Source: Callorhinchus milii
Lineage: Eukaryota
Reading direction: 5' to 3'
Assembly (NCBI RefSeq): GCF_018977255.1
Contig: NW_024704743.1
Location: 51,710,001 to 51,774,000 of the forward strand
Length of the DNA: 64,000 bases
The notes under the pieces are model-generated. The model did no database searches, was not told the origin of the DNA, and saw only the letters and a program-made list of their open reading frames with translations. Both the position numbers and the translations under genes were made by a program. Shown here in pieces: positions 50,973-64,000 of the stretch. Positions within the stretch are counted from its first letter, which is position 1. Every line of letters starts with the position of its first letter.

Positions 50973-52907
50973 AAAGTAAAAGTAGCAAATAGTGATAAGG
51001 TGGTGGAAATGTTACTAAAAATCAGTCAGTTGGATCTAAGCATTCACCTCTAGGGTTTTGAAGCAAGTACCATATATGGTTTTATTTGGTGCGATATTCA
51101 ACAAAACAGAACTTTGCCTTAATGGTAAGGACAAGGGACTGTTATGTGTACTGACCCCTAAATCAATCCTATGCTATTTTCTTTTTTGTGATAATTAGAA
51201 TTGCAGAACTCCACAAGGGATCCCTATACGCATCCACTTTAATGGAACCGACATGGTAGAATAATGTAAAACAATAGGACCTCACTGTAGCGTCTCCATG
51301 CCTGAGTATTGAAAACAGTAAGATTGAAATGTTCATGATGATCTGGTCACAGACAGTTTTCGGGCAGCTGTTTTAGCTTTGTCTGTCCCTGCTGTGCACT
51401 TGCTATGTAAACGGACCATAAACATTGCAATCCTACTGTGTGGCGGATGGATCACATGGGAATTTCCTTGTCTAATGTGATCCTAGCATGGCTGCATTTA
51501 ATGTTGCTCTGTGCAATAATTACGATTATTTGGAAAACTGAAGGATAAAACAAAAAGACAAGGGCTGTTTTGCAAGGGTAAGTACACACCAGTCCTTTAA
51601 CTCACTCCTGCTCTTTCTTCAAGAGTTTCCTATTGAAGAAATTCTTAATTTCGTCATAGTTTTGTCAACCATAAAGAACTGGTTGAAATGAGATTTAAGG
51701 TACAGTCTTTTCAGAGCATAGTCTGTGCGATTCACGTGACACCAACTTGCCCAAGTGCAAATGAAACTAAAGCACAACTTTAAAAAGATCAGTGCTTCTG
51801 TTCATGGTGAACATATCTTCTGTAATGCCTGAAGGATGGAACTTAAAGAGCAGCAAATTTAGTTTATTTTAGTCCTTTATCAGGATCTTTCTAAAATCCC
51901 CAGTCTGCCCTTGCCTATGTGTATCCTATCCTTAATACCTTCAATTCTATTTGGAACCTCGTAACCATCTAACTAGTTTTAAATAGCAGACATTTGATAG
52001 CCTCGGGTGTCTATTCCACTTATCTGCTACTCTTTGGGGAAACAAAGGAAGAAAGCTTCTGGTCTCTATTCTCACTTGAGGTTTGATCATTGATTGTAGT
52101 GGTATTTTCTAGTTGTGTGTATTCACAGTTTATTAATTCTCAGATACTTGTAGCTAGATTACTCATTTTCTTCAGGATTTAAATAATTGTGATCATGTCC
52201 CATTTAACTCACATAACATAGTAAATGAGAAAGTATAAGAAAGGATTAAATGAGTTAAGGCTACTCTACCATTCAGAGTTTCACAGAACATACAAAAGCC
52301 ACTCTATCATGATCTCAACCCTATCATTGGGTCAAATTTGTGTTAGATAAACCTTGATAATTAAGCACAAAATCGAGAATATCCATCCAGCTCTATTCAC
52401 TTTTAACCTTCTTCCCTCCATCAACAATGTGCACCCTCCCATCCCGCAGTGCAGAAATCATTGTGATTCATCCCAGTTTGTCTCTATCCTTATGCCTTCG
52501 ATCAATGAAGAATCAGATCCTTTCACTGGGAGTCTGTTCCACATATCCACTACTTTGTGAGAGGGAAATATCTTCTCATCTCTAGTTCTCATCATGGCTT
52601 TTTAATTTAAAACAAGGATGATGTGTGATAAGGGCCTGTATCAAATGCAAGGATTATTATTATATCAATTGGAAGTCTTCAGTATATGACACCCAAATTC
52701 TTTCTCTATAGCTGCTAATGAATACCACTTCACCAGTTTACATTATATTGCTATATAAATGCAATTTGTTGTTGTTATTTGAACTTTAAAAACATAATAA
52801 ATGGTAAAATAATATTGACAAGCCATGGGGACTGCATCATGTCTTTGTAAGATAAACTATTTTGGCGTGTGCGTTGTTTTTGGCATCAGGCAGAACTTGG
52901 CACAATC

Positions 52908-53290
52908 ATAATACTTGCATTTACTATTGCACCTTCAGGAGGACATCTCAAAGTGCTGCATAAGAAAAATGCAGCACCACATTTGCACACAATAATGCCC
53001 CACAAAACAGCCATAAAGTGAATGAACAATTTTATTTTGGGAGATCGTTGGCCAGGACATTGGGAGAAACTCCTTTCTCTTTTTGAGTTGTGCAATAGAG
53101 TCTTCAACATCATGTGACTAGGCAAACAGGACTTTGGTTTAACACCTCACTTGAAGCACAGCACCTTCATCAAGGCAGCACACCTCCAGCACTGCATTAG
53201 TGTGTCAACCTAGTCTATATGATTTCATAGGGCTTGAAATTACAACCTTCTGACTCAGAAGCAAGAATGCCACCATCTGAGCCAAACTAA
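52908..53290 (-). mobile_element. SacSINE1/Deu-like SINE
   Basis: Plus strand GTTGGCCAGGACATTGGGAGAAACTCC..ACAACCTTCTGACTCAGAAGCAAGAATGCCACCATCTGAGCCAA. Confidence 0.78.
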
Positions 53291-54794
53291 TGCACAAATA
53301 TGAGGAACAATACATTTAACTAATGTACAATTTAACCTGTGCTTGCTAAGGTAATTTGTGGCAAAAAATGCAGCATAAATCGAGCTTGACCAGCATGATA
53401 TTAGTGGAAATCACAGTGGAGCCCAATTGCTGAGCCCACTAAGTAACAGTTACTGAGGCCATTTTGATAAGATAGTTTGTATAAATACAGGCGGTATTAA
53501 ATCAATTCAGGTTCTGTTTGCAATTAGTCCGTTTAATGTTCTTGGCCAGTCTATTATGCGGCAAAGCTTAAAAGGGTGACAAAGTTTAATCTTATTAAAG
53601 AACTGGTCCCCCGACCAGCTCTTTAGTAACATTAAAAACCTATGACCCATTGATACTAAAGCTTCGGTCGCAGAATGTCCTCCCAACGTGAAAGGTTTGA
53701 AGGACATTCTGCCTTGTTGTTGTTGTTGTTGTTACCTATTTCTAGAGCTCTCCTCAACTGCCTACCAATATGATTATGAGCAGAAAATGTCAATCTGGCT
53801 TTCAATTTACAATTCACCCTAGACTGCTTTACAACTGAAAATTATATCTCTTCACTTCTAGCAGCATCAAATGAACTTAAGACACATTTGTTTTTTCTGC
53901 TTTATATAATAAGTATAGTTGGGAAGATATAGAATGGTACAAACTATTTTTGACATTAGAATTACTGTGGTGCTCTTGTGGTTTATACCAACCAACTGTG
54001 TGGAATGTGAGGAAACCTCTGTACAAGTTACCAATCATTTCAGTGATCCTAACTCACATGTCATAGTTATGTCCCTTGATCATATTTTTGCCAAGACAAA
54101 ATAAAAATAAGGAAAAGATTTAATAATCTGCAGTGTTTCCACTAATGAGTTATCTGAGATCTGTGTTCCCCAAAACTTCAGAAATGTGGATAGAATATTC
54201 CTTCACACAGTTAAGGCCTTTTACACAATTTATTTCCTTCCTGTCCAGGTTGGAAAATGATCTGAGGAATGAAATAAGGAATTTCAAAGCAGAAGTTACT
54301 AACAAATATTCAAATCTTCCATATCAACCAAGCATTTTAAGTATGCTGATCAATTCTGATGGATGTTGTGTCATTTGCTGCTGGGAGTGATTCCATAATT
54401 TGGAGTCCACAAAGTAACCAGAAATCTCCAGGTTTCTCAAGTCTGAATCATTTATCACAAGGAAATGGTTTTACAAATGTAACAGTGTGTGTTTCTTGGT
54501 CAAAAAAGTAAATAAAAGGCAAGTACTGTCAAATGCCACAGGACTATAGAAAACAAAATAATGTGAAGGGGGTGGCAAAAAAACAGTTAACATGGCCAGA
54601 GGGCAAGAGAGTAAAGATCATCAAATTAATCCCAGAGGGAAAAACCTCCAACCTGGAGTTTCAAATGTCTGCTAAATTAAACATATATTTTCTCCTTTTG
54701 TACCTTCTCCCATTCCAGTAGAAGCAGTTTCGGAAAGGCTGCATAAATTGTACTTTAAGCCGAATGCCGAGTGCATAAAATCTCTAATAGCCCT

Positions 54795-55220
54795 GCACTG
54801 GCTTCCCATCACACAGAGGATAAAGTTCAAGATCCTGGTACTCACCTTCAAAGCCCTCCAAGGTCTTGCTCCCCCCTACCTCTACGACCTCCTAACCCCC
54901 TACCAACCTGTTCGCTCCCTCCGCTGAGCGAGCTCCGGCCTGCTTCACGTCCCCCGCCTTGCTCGGCGGGCGGATCTTTCGCCACTCAGCACCCACCCTC
55001 TGGAACTCCATCCTGCAGTCCCTCCCTAGCCACTTTCAAGACCCACCTCAAGACCCTCATCTTCGACCGTGCTTTCGATCTCCCTGCTTCCCCCCCGCCC
55101 TCACCCCTCCTTCACCCCAACCCTCAGCTCGGGTCCGTAACTCTGTCTGTCCAGCACCTTGGGACATCCTCCCGACGTGAAAGGCACTACACAAATATAA
55201 TTTTGTTGTTGTTGTTGTTG
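54795..55220 (+). mobile_element. L2 LINE 3' end (tail type A)
   Basis: CACTGGCTTCCCATCACACAGAGGATAAAGTTCAAGATCC (HWLPITQRIKFKI); tail CTTGGGACATCCTCCCGACGTGAAAGGCAC..(TTG)n. Confidence 0.9.
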
Positions 55221-55659
55221 CATTAAGTTCTTTACAAAACAGCCCACAGTTACACTTATCTGCACATGTCATCCAATGTGGAAATATGTAGTTGTCTATC
55301 TCCAGCACATGCATGCTCATTAGTAATAATTTGCCCATCTGTCCTCTTTATAATGTCGTCACCCAGCTCTGCTATATCCATCTGAGAGGGAAATGATGAG
55401 GCAATGGATGACGAGGAAGGCAGTAGTGAGGAAGAATCTTCATCTGTAGTCATCACTCTTTGCTCCCAGGAAGGAAAGTCTACAAACTACTCTTAAATGG
55501 CAGGAAAATATGTCATTGGATCCTCCTAGCGTTAGCTGTAGATACTCTTTTCTTCAAACACATTCGCAGACGCAGATATATGAGATAAATGCTAACCATT
55601 TAATATGCCTATCAATCCGTTCACTTTAATGAACTTCAATCCTTTCACTCCTGATGTGA

Positions 55660-57940
55660 ATAACAACAATAACAACAAAATTATATTTGTAAATCGCCTT
55701 TCACGTTGGGAGGACGTCCCAGATGCTGAACAGTTGGGGATCAGGACCTGAGCATGGGATAAGGGTAGGAGGACGGCTGAAGGCACAGTTGAAAAGGAGG
55801 GTCTTGAGTCGTACCTTGAAGGAGGCAAAGGAGGGAGCAAGGCAAAGGGATTGTGGGATGGAGTTCCAGAGAGGTTGAAAGCCTGGCCGCTGATGGTAGG
55901 GTGGGGGTGAGTCAGGCAGGAGACATGGAGCAGGCCAGAGCCTGCTGAATGAAGGGAGTGGACAGGTTGATAGGGGGTTAGCAAGTCAAAGAGGTAGGAG
56001 GGTCAAGGCCATGGAGGGCCTTGAAAGTGAGGACAAGGATTTGAATTCTATCCTCTGAGGGATGGGAAGAACGTGGGGCCAGGCGAGGGTGTGAGTCATG
56101 GGGTCACGGAGCCTGGTATGGGAGAGGACATGAGCTGCAGTGTTTTGGATGATCTGCAGCTTGTGGAGGAAAGAGTTGGGGAGGCCAACAAGGAAGGAGC
56201 TTCCATAGTCGAGCCTTGAGGTGATAAATGTGTGTATAAGAGTTTGGGCAGCCTGAGGGGTGAGGCAGTGGCAGACCGGGCAATGATGCAAAGGTGGGAG
56301 AAGGTACAGCAAGTCATGTCGTGGATATGGGGAATAAAGGACAGTTGAGGGTCGAACAAGATGCCCAGGTTCTTGACTGGCTCAGTAAGGTGGACTGGGC
56401 ATCCATGGAAGCTGATGCTACCAATGCCTGAAGTGTTGAGACGCTGGCATAAGCAAATCAGATGGGCCTCGGACTTCCTGACATTCAGCTGTAGAAAGTT
56501 AGCTCTCATCGAGAAATTGATGTCTGACAGACACTCTGTCAAGACAGCAGTGGTCTTGTGGTCGAGGGTGGAGGCAGAGAGATATGATTGGGTCTCATCC
56601 GCGTATATGTGGAAGTTGACCCCATGTCTGCAGATGATGTCACCAATGGGGTGCAAGTAGAGGTTGAAGAGGAGAGGACTGAGGACAGAGTCCTGAGGAA
56701 CACCGCACAAGACTGTGCGGGGGCTGGAAGAGAAACCATTGGGGGAAACAAATTGGAGACTGTGTGAGAGATAAGACCTGAACCATTCAAGGATAGAACC
56801 TTGAAGATTAAGGTGAGAGGAGAGCCGGTGGAGGAGGATGGAGTGATTCACGATATTGAAGGAGGCAGAGAGATTGAGGAGGATGAGGAAGCAGAGGGAG
56901 CCCTGGTCACAGATGGATAGGATGTCATTTGTGACCTTGACCAGAGCAATTTCCAAGCTGTAAGCAGCACAGAATACCCGATTGGGGGAGGCTCGTGAAG
57001 GGGTGGTAGGAGAGGAAGAAGCAAAGCTGGGAAACAACAACTCTTTCAAGGACCTTGGAAAGAAAAGGAAGGTTGGAGATTGCCCAGTAGCTAGAAAGCA
57101 GGGATGAGTCCAGGGAAGGTTTTGTCAGGATGGGAGTGATTATAGCTGTTTTTAGGAGGATAGGAATGATGCCAGATGATAGGGAGAGATTAATGGTATC
57201 AGACAGTAGAGGGGCAAAGGGTGAAGCTGGGAGTAAAGGAGAGGGAGGAGGATGGGGTCAAGGGAGCAGATGGTGTGTTTCATGCTGGATATGGTGGTGA
57301 TGAGAGAGGAGGGGGAGACAGGTTTGAAGATGTGGAGGGAGGGATTGGTAGGGGTCGGTGTGTGGGTGGGAGATGGGGAAGGAGTGGCGGTTGGGCGGGT
57401 TGAGGCAGCTGAATGGATCCCCTCAATTTGGATTTGAGGAAATCCAGCATCTCCTCACAGTCAGGGTTTCTGGAGGGAATTGGCGAGGCGTGGGAGGGTG
57501 GATGGAGGAGCCAGTTGGTGGTGGAGAATAGGAGCCTGGGATTGTCCTTCACCTCCAAGATTATCTTGGAGCAGAAGGACGATTTGGCGGAGATGAGAGC
57601 AGAATGGTACGTTTTGATGTGATCCAGCCAGATCTACCAGTGCACCATTAGATCAGATTTTAGCCAGGTGGGTTCAATGGCCTGCACCTGACACTTGAGG
57701 GAGGTGGCTGGTGTCCTAGGGTAAGGTTTGCGAGTAGGAAGCTGTTCGGGAGGTGAGGGGGGAAAGGGCATCAAGAGTGGTGGAGAGGGAGGTGTGAAGT
57801 AGAGTGAGCAAGGAGGATAAATCAGTGCGGGAGGCAGACCAGAGGGGGAGGAGTTCAGATGACTCTCGGACAGTGGAGAGGGATTGCGGGGAGATTTTTT
57901 TCCAGGGGTGGTAGGAGATGGAGATGGGTTTGAAAGGCGT
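55660..57940 (-). mobile_element. L2 LINE, longest copy in the window (~2.3 kb), degenerate ORF2
   Basis: [72 protein letters not shown], and a type A tail. Confidence 0.93.
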
Positions 57941-60900
57941 TATCTAAATATAAAATTGTATTGTACATCCCAGAACAATGCATGCAGGCTATGTTCCTGT
58001 TGAAGTAAGCAATGAAAGATATTCATGAATAATTTTGTCATTTTCTTTTCTTTCAACATTGCCAGTTCCAAAACTTAAAGAATGAACCCTTCCCCATGGT
58101 GGCTCTGCACTCTCCAGAGTGGAACTGTAATTTTTTCAAAATACATAGTCTGATTTGCATTGTTTTCTCTTTTAGGTCCTGATCGCATGACAATATTTGT
58201 GTGGATCATATCTTACCTAGTGCAAATTACAAAACTAGAATGATGTTCTATGCACAGTTGCTTTAAATATGTCCAGTTTTAGAGTGTGAACAATATTAAA
58301 CACACCTATAATGCGATTTCCAGAGAGGGTATTCCCCATAAAATAATGTGCACCAATGTGGCCAAACACCCATCTGTACTAATGCATGTATTATTATAGA
58401 CTTTATTATTAAGTCCTTTATTTTCATTGACATGTTTTTGTGATAATAAAAATTGATTTCCTTCACACTGACTTTCCATTGCTTGAGTTAAGGCTCGGTC
58501 TCATATGACTTATAATTCTGGCAGAGTACACAACATGACTATTCACAAAGGGCAGTATTACTACCATCAGTTTTGATCCTCACCTGCAAAAAGACTTTGG
58601 ATCAGCAGCAAATGCAAGTGGTAAAAAAGTATTGCAAATGAACAAATTACAAACTCAAACAGGACAACCATCAAACCTTGAACGATTTGAGATAAGTGGT
58701 TGAGGTACAAACATTTAGATTTCAACTGTCAAGATATCCCTGCCATTAGTATGATGATTTCTGGGAAAACACAGGGCAGTGCTAATGTAAATAAAGATAC
58801 AAGAGGCAAAGGAGGAAGAGACAAGGGGATGGAGTTAAGGCCTGAAGGGGAAAAAGGCAGGGTCAACTCCAGAGAATCACAAGCTGATGAAAAGGTAATT
58901 TAACACTTCTCCTCCCTCCACGCACTAAAGATGTAACTAAAGGGCTCCTGGCAGCACTGCATAAATAAACAACATAAGAAATGAGCTCAATAAAATTAAA
59001 TTTCTATGGTAAGTTAGGAATTTTGATATCACAGAAGCAAATAAAGATTGTGGTACAGAACAAACAATGGAAGTATAAACAGTGGGAATATAAACTGAAC
59101 AGTATTCATTCACTGGACCTGGCTCAGGGGAGGGATATAGGGGATTGATGGATCCAACTCGGAAACCATCTGTATATGCTCAATAGTCAAAAAAATCCAG
59201 AACAAAGGGACACAGACGGTGAAGAGACAGTTCAAAATAATTGGTTTACAAAGTGACGAAGATCTGGAGCATACCTCGGAAGTTAATGGCGATAAAATAT
59301 AAAAGCAAATTCAATGTTGGAACTAACATTAACATAAAATAAATTGATGTTCATGAGAAAAAGAGCCGTGTAAGATTTTATTAACCTTTTTTTTAATTGG
59401 GGATCGCCACAATGGTCTTTTCCATTCCTATGTATTCCTATGTACTTGACTTTGAATAAAGGAAATAATTAGGATAACGTAAATAGATGGCATGAAAACA
59501 ACAGAAATATAAAACAACAATCACAACTTGCATTTATACAGTACCCTTCCCCCAGGATAGCCTCTCAGGGTGCTAGAATATACAGAAATAAGTATTTATT
59601 GGGCACAAACAATCTTACATACTTATATGAGTGACCAGGAAACATATCATTTAAAAATACACCTAGGCAGCCTGATGGACCACCAAGCAACTATGAGACA
59701 GTTATAATGTAAGTACTGATTTTTCATTGCGGTGTCTGTAAAACTGCAATAGAAACCAGCAGACAGGAGTTATATTCCAGGTTTTGCTCTGTCTCTCAGT
59801 TCAGCACAAATCAAGCAGAGCGCTTTGTGCAGAATCGCCACCCAAATTCAATATTTTTAACATTACTGAAGGGTCAAGAGTTCCCACCAAACGTTTGGCA
59901 TTAAAAAGCTTATGATGGACGTATATATAGAAATTTTTAAAGACAATTTTTTTAAGGTTGAAAGTTTGTTTTGTAATGTCCGAGGTCAGACTGCAGCTGA
60001 TGTGAAGCTTGAGCATTGTCCCTGAGGTAGCCTCACACCACTTGCTGTAATCAAGTATCCTGTACCTGAAGTTATACCTTGAAGTTTGTGTAGATTCCCT
60101 ACTGTTAAAATCACCCAGAATTGGTGAAATTTTTGTAATGGAGTTGCAGCATTAAAAGACAGGAGTCAGCATTAAAGTGTTACAGGAGCTAAGACATTTA
60201 TTTAGTTTGTTTTTCATTCACTTACAGTGGAATAATAACAAACCAAACCTTGGCTTCACTGTTGAATCTTCCACTGACTAAAGTCACCTATCAAAATTCA
60301 GATCCTATTTCTGAACTCACAGGTCAGGCCTTACAAATATCAAACTCCCGCTGACCTGAGTCTTAAGATTTACTGGTTAAGCAATTTCTTTGTAATCACA
60401 CTATTACTCAGTTCGTCACCTCCCCCTCCCTGTCATTTGACCTAATGGAACTAAATAGAAAGGAAATTACTTGTCTTCACTGCCAGTGCTTGACACCTTT
60501 ATGGGTCATTTGTGATGAAGCCATTCTTTGAGTCTAATGGTGATCTTGATTGGGGCCAATGTGAATAATTGTCAACATGTGATGAATGAGGTAAGTGCAG
60601 ATTTCCTGCAAAACTGATCTATTTGTACTATAATTAGCAAAATATGTTTCAATGACAAGAAAGTAATGATATTTTCAGCTTGTTCAGTGATAATAGTGAT
60701 AATCTTTCTCAAGTCCAAATAATATTTGTTATTTGCGCTGCTTTCAAAATGTTAAACATCAACTTGGCATGTTTTTATATTAATCCATTATAGTTCACTT
60801 CAAGCTTCACTTAGGACTAAAGAATAGAACAAATTAAGTGAAAAAATAATTCAGAAAACTTAAGTGCTAGAAACAGGTACTGAAAAGCACATCTTGCCAA

Positions 60901-62204
60901 TTGTCTAGCTGAGTAAGTGCTCTGAGACGCTACTCTGGGTGGAGGGCACTATATAAGTGCAACTTGTTGTTGTTGTATTTTCACAAGTTGAACTCTTCCA
61001 TTCACAGATCACAAAATTATTACTCTTGTTTTCCAAATCCCTGACTGTCCAGTGCCTTGGGACATCCTCCCGATGTGAAAGGTGGTATACAAATGTAATT
61101 TTGTATTATATTGTTTTGTAAAGTAATCTTAAGCTGCAGATCTGACATACGCGGAATAGACATATGGTTTCTAAGCGCGATTTAAATTTTATTTGTATTA
61201 GTGTGATACAGGGGCGAAAAAGTTAGTTTTAGAATCATTTAAACCATTTCCAGCCAAGTACTGCAAATTATTTTCTTAGTTGATAACACAATTTTTCTTA
61301 TTAATTTTTCAAGGTTCTGATGGATTACCAAAAGAACAAATTCCCTGATGGCAAAGAGTATTAATCAGGATACCGACGTCTTGTCTAACAAAGTGGTGGA
61401 ATGAAGGTTCACGCCCAGCATTTCCCACATGGTGAGTTCTTGCCTTCAGCTGGGCTGTCAAGGGGAATTGACAAGTGAAGGCGAGACACTTGCCCACAGG
61501 GACAGAGAGAAAATTGGTGGGCAAGTCAACTCAGGCTGGCCTAACAGTGTACACATTATTTTACCTAAGGAATGTCATTTATGTATGAGGATAAAAAAAT
61601 AACAATTAAAAGGGGAAAGAGCAGTTTGCAAAATTAATACAGAATTCTCCAAAATGTGGGTACATTTTTAAATTTTCCAACAAGTTTTTGACAATGATTT
61701 TATGACCTAAAATCTCAGATTAAGCTACATTTTGTCATTATTCATGGTCCCATTCCACTTGTTTTTTCGGATGAAAAAGAACATTGTCGAGTGACAGTTA
61801 TAGCTACAAGTGAAAATGTGCTACCAATAGGAAATAAATCATACTCAAGCATTGATTTTTTTCTGTAGGATGTGAACTATGCACCTGTAAAATATCAAAC
61901 TGGGTTTTACATCTGCCTTATAGATGTATGTTTGTTGAGGGCAGACCATTGACTGAATATACCAAATTGCACAGACCAGTGAACAAGGAGTGTCAAATCG
62001 AGTTTATATATTAGATATGGGGGATTCAGGAAAATGTCAATGTTACCTAAAACATCTAATTATTTACTCGTTGAGGGGATAAAATGATTGTAGAATTCTA
62101 CCTCTGTTATTTCCCAATGCAAAACCAATTATTCCACTCTGCCGAAGAGGTAATCCGGCCATCCAAAACCTAATAACATTTTGATTAAAACATGTGTGTT
62201 AACA

Positions 62205-63032
62205 CTGTATGGACGAGACCTAACTTTCTTCAGTTGGACGTCAACAAGACTGAGGCCCCCCGGATGGCTCCCATCAGCGCCTTAACATCTCAGGCGTTGA
62301 CAGCATCCCATCCATAAATGCACACTCCACCTTACTAAGCCAGTCCAGAACCTTGGCATCTTGTTTGACCCTCAACTACACTTTGTACCCCACATCCATG
62401 CCATAACCCACTCTGCCTTCCTCCACCTCCACAACATCACCTGACTCCACCACTGTCTCACATCTCTGGCTGCCGAGACCCTCATTCACGCATTCATAAC
62501 ATCCAGGATTAACTATGCAAACTCCTTGCTTGTCGGTCTCCCCAACTTTCCCTCCATAGACTGCAGGTCATCCAGAACTCTGCAGCTCGTGTCATCTCCC
62601 GCACCAGGATCTGTGATCCTATCACCCCCATCCTCGCCCGACTTCACTGGCTTCCCATCACACAGAGAATACAGCTTATGATCCTGGTCGTTACCTTCAA
62701 AGCCCTCCATGGGCTTGCTCCCCACTACCTCTGCGACCATCTAACCCCTACCATCCTACCCGCTCCCTCCGCTCAGTGGGCTCTGGCCTGCTTCACGTCC
62801 CCTGCCTCGCCCGCCCCACCATTCTGCCGCCCTGTCCCCACCCTCTGGAACTCCATCCCATAGTCCCTCCACCTCGCCCCCTCCCTTGCCTCATTCAAAG
62901 CCCATCTCAAGACCCTCCTCTTCGACCGTGCTTTTGATCTCCCTGCTTCCTCCCTGCCCTCCACCTTCCCCAATCCTGATCCCCAGCTCCGAAACACTGA
63001 CTGTCCAGCACCTTGGGACATCCTCCCCACAT
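62205..63032 (+). mobile_element. L2 LINE 3' part (tail type A)
   Basis: NFLQLDVNKTEA..QNLGILFDPQL..QVIQNSAAR..HWLPITQRI..VTFKALHGLAPHYL..LWNSIP. Confidence 0.9.
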
Positions 63033-63142
63033 TATGCCACTTCAGCATCTGTTAAAGTATCTTCCCACAAGATACTTTAACAGATAAATTATAGTGTTGC
63101 AGTAAAACAAAATGATAGATCTTGACACTCATCAATCACATA

Positions 63143-63400
63143 TGAGGACTGCATGGGACAGGTGTCTTTTCACTTCAGAGACCTGAGTTTCGAACCAACC
63201 TGGACAGAGGGCATGAAAATATTCTCACTGTTGCCTGTAAGAGTCTTACAGGAAATGATTTTGAGAATCATTTTGTAGTAAGGATTGGTCCGCATTACTG
63301 AACAGCCCACAATTTAGCACAAGGTGGGAATAGCCTATCAATCTCACTCATACAGGCAACAGAAGCAGCAATAAAATAGAAAAGCTTTGCACTGATACAG
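63143..63400 (+). mobile_element. LF-SINE-related ancient SINE remnant
   Basis: GAGGACTGCATGG, GTCTTTTCACTTCAGAGACCTGAGTTTCGAACCAACCTGG, CTTACAGGAAATGATTTTG, CACAATTTAGCAC and AAGCTTTGCACTG occur in the same order as blocks of the recalled LF-SINE consensus. Confidence 0.45.
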
Positions 63401-63659
63401 TAAGGTCTTCTAAGTGCCACTGTTAAATCACAGCTTTACTCTACTTCAATTGGACTGTGCTGTATCTGACTTGGAAGGGTTTGATGCTAATATACTGGTT
63501 AACCAAAGTGTAACAATCCTCAACATTGGAATAATTAATCCCAAACAGATTATTAAACTAAATTATAAACAACGTTATACAGAGATAGCTTTCCTGATGA
63601 TCTGGTGTGTTGAGGTCCCGCCCAATTTAGGGACTGTATACAATACAGACTGGAACACT

Positions 63660-63965
63660 GGAAGTTCTAATCACCGTCTGTGTTGAATTAGCTGATATCA
63701 ACCAGGGCAGCAGGATATCTGCATCAGGCAATGTTTTTACTCACAAATGGCACCAGCTCTCCAGGATTAGGAAGAGGAAAATCTGCCAAAGTTCCCACTC
63801 CTGATCATTATCCAGAAACCCCTGCTGAAAGTTAAGTGTATGTGGATGTCAGCTGATGTCAGATATCTTGCCAACATTTACTGCCAACAGTCACATGGGA
63901 AGAATGGACAGCTGGATGAGATATCATAGGGCAGCTGGTGACCATAGAACCAGACCCCTAGTATA
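63660..63965 (+). mobile_element. Ancient SINE, AmnSINE2-like
   Basis: GTCTGTGTTGAATTAGCTGATATCAACCAGGGCAGCAG..GGAAAATCTGCCAAAGTTCCCACTCCTGATCATTATCCAG..CCCCTGCTGAAAG..GAAGAATGG..CCATAGAACCAGACCCC; homologous to 32790-33180. Confidence 0.55.
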
Positions 63966-64000
63966 AAGAAAAAGAGATCAAACACCTTCAGGAGAGGAGG

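Noticed and set aside
51440..51500. miR-23 family gene on the minus strand (ATCACATT seed)
   Set aside because: No complementary 5p arm upstream, and the mature sequence is too diverged.
59801..60150. Minus-strand open frame of ~115 codons
   Set aside because: No recognisable homology and no convincing splice boundaries.

Overview
AT-rich vertebrate genomic DNA, intergenic or a very large intron. The repeat content (L2 and CR1 LINEs, SacSINE1/Deu-type and tRNA-derived SINEs, a Penelope-type terminal fragment) points to a cartilaginous fish, possibly a holocephalan; this taxon call is inference. I recognise no intact host gene, and almost all long ORFs in the track are L2/CR1 reverse-transcriptase fragments or their antisense shadows. 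The one recognisable host-gene sequence is an intronless, frameshifted 3' fragment of PCCB (2578-2897), a processed pseudogene. Other structure seen: a probable non-autonomous Helitron (11450-12039), a 114-bp TA-flanked Tc1/mariner MITE, and a young tRNA-Ala-derived SINE family in long and short forms that shares its 3' stem-loop with one of three L2 tail types. There is also a ~99% identical inverted local duplication of an L2 segment, a 27-bp inverted repeat around a SINE, LF-SINE-like and AmnSINE2-like remnants, and RFX X-box motif clusters. I found no convincing new biological system. Repeat family names come from recalled consensus similarity, not database searches, and repeat boundaries are approximate.
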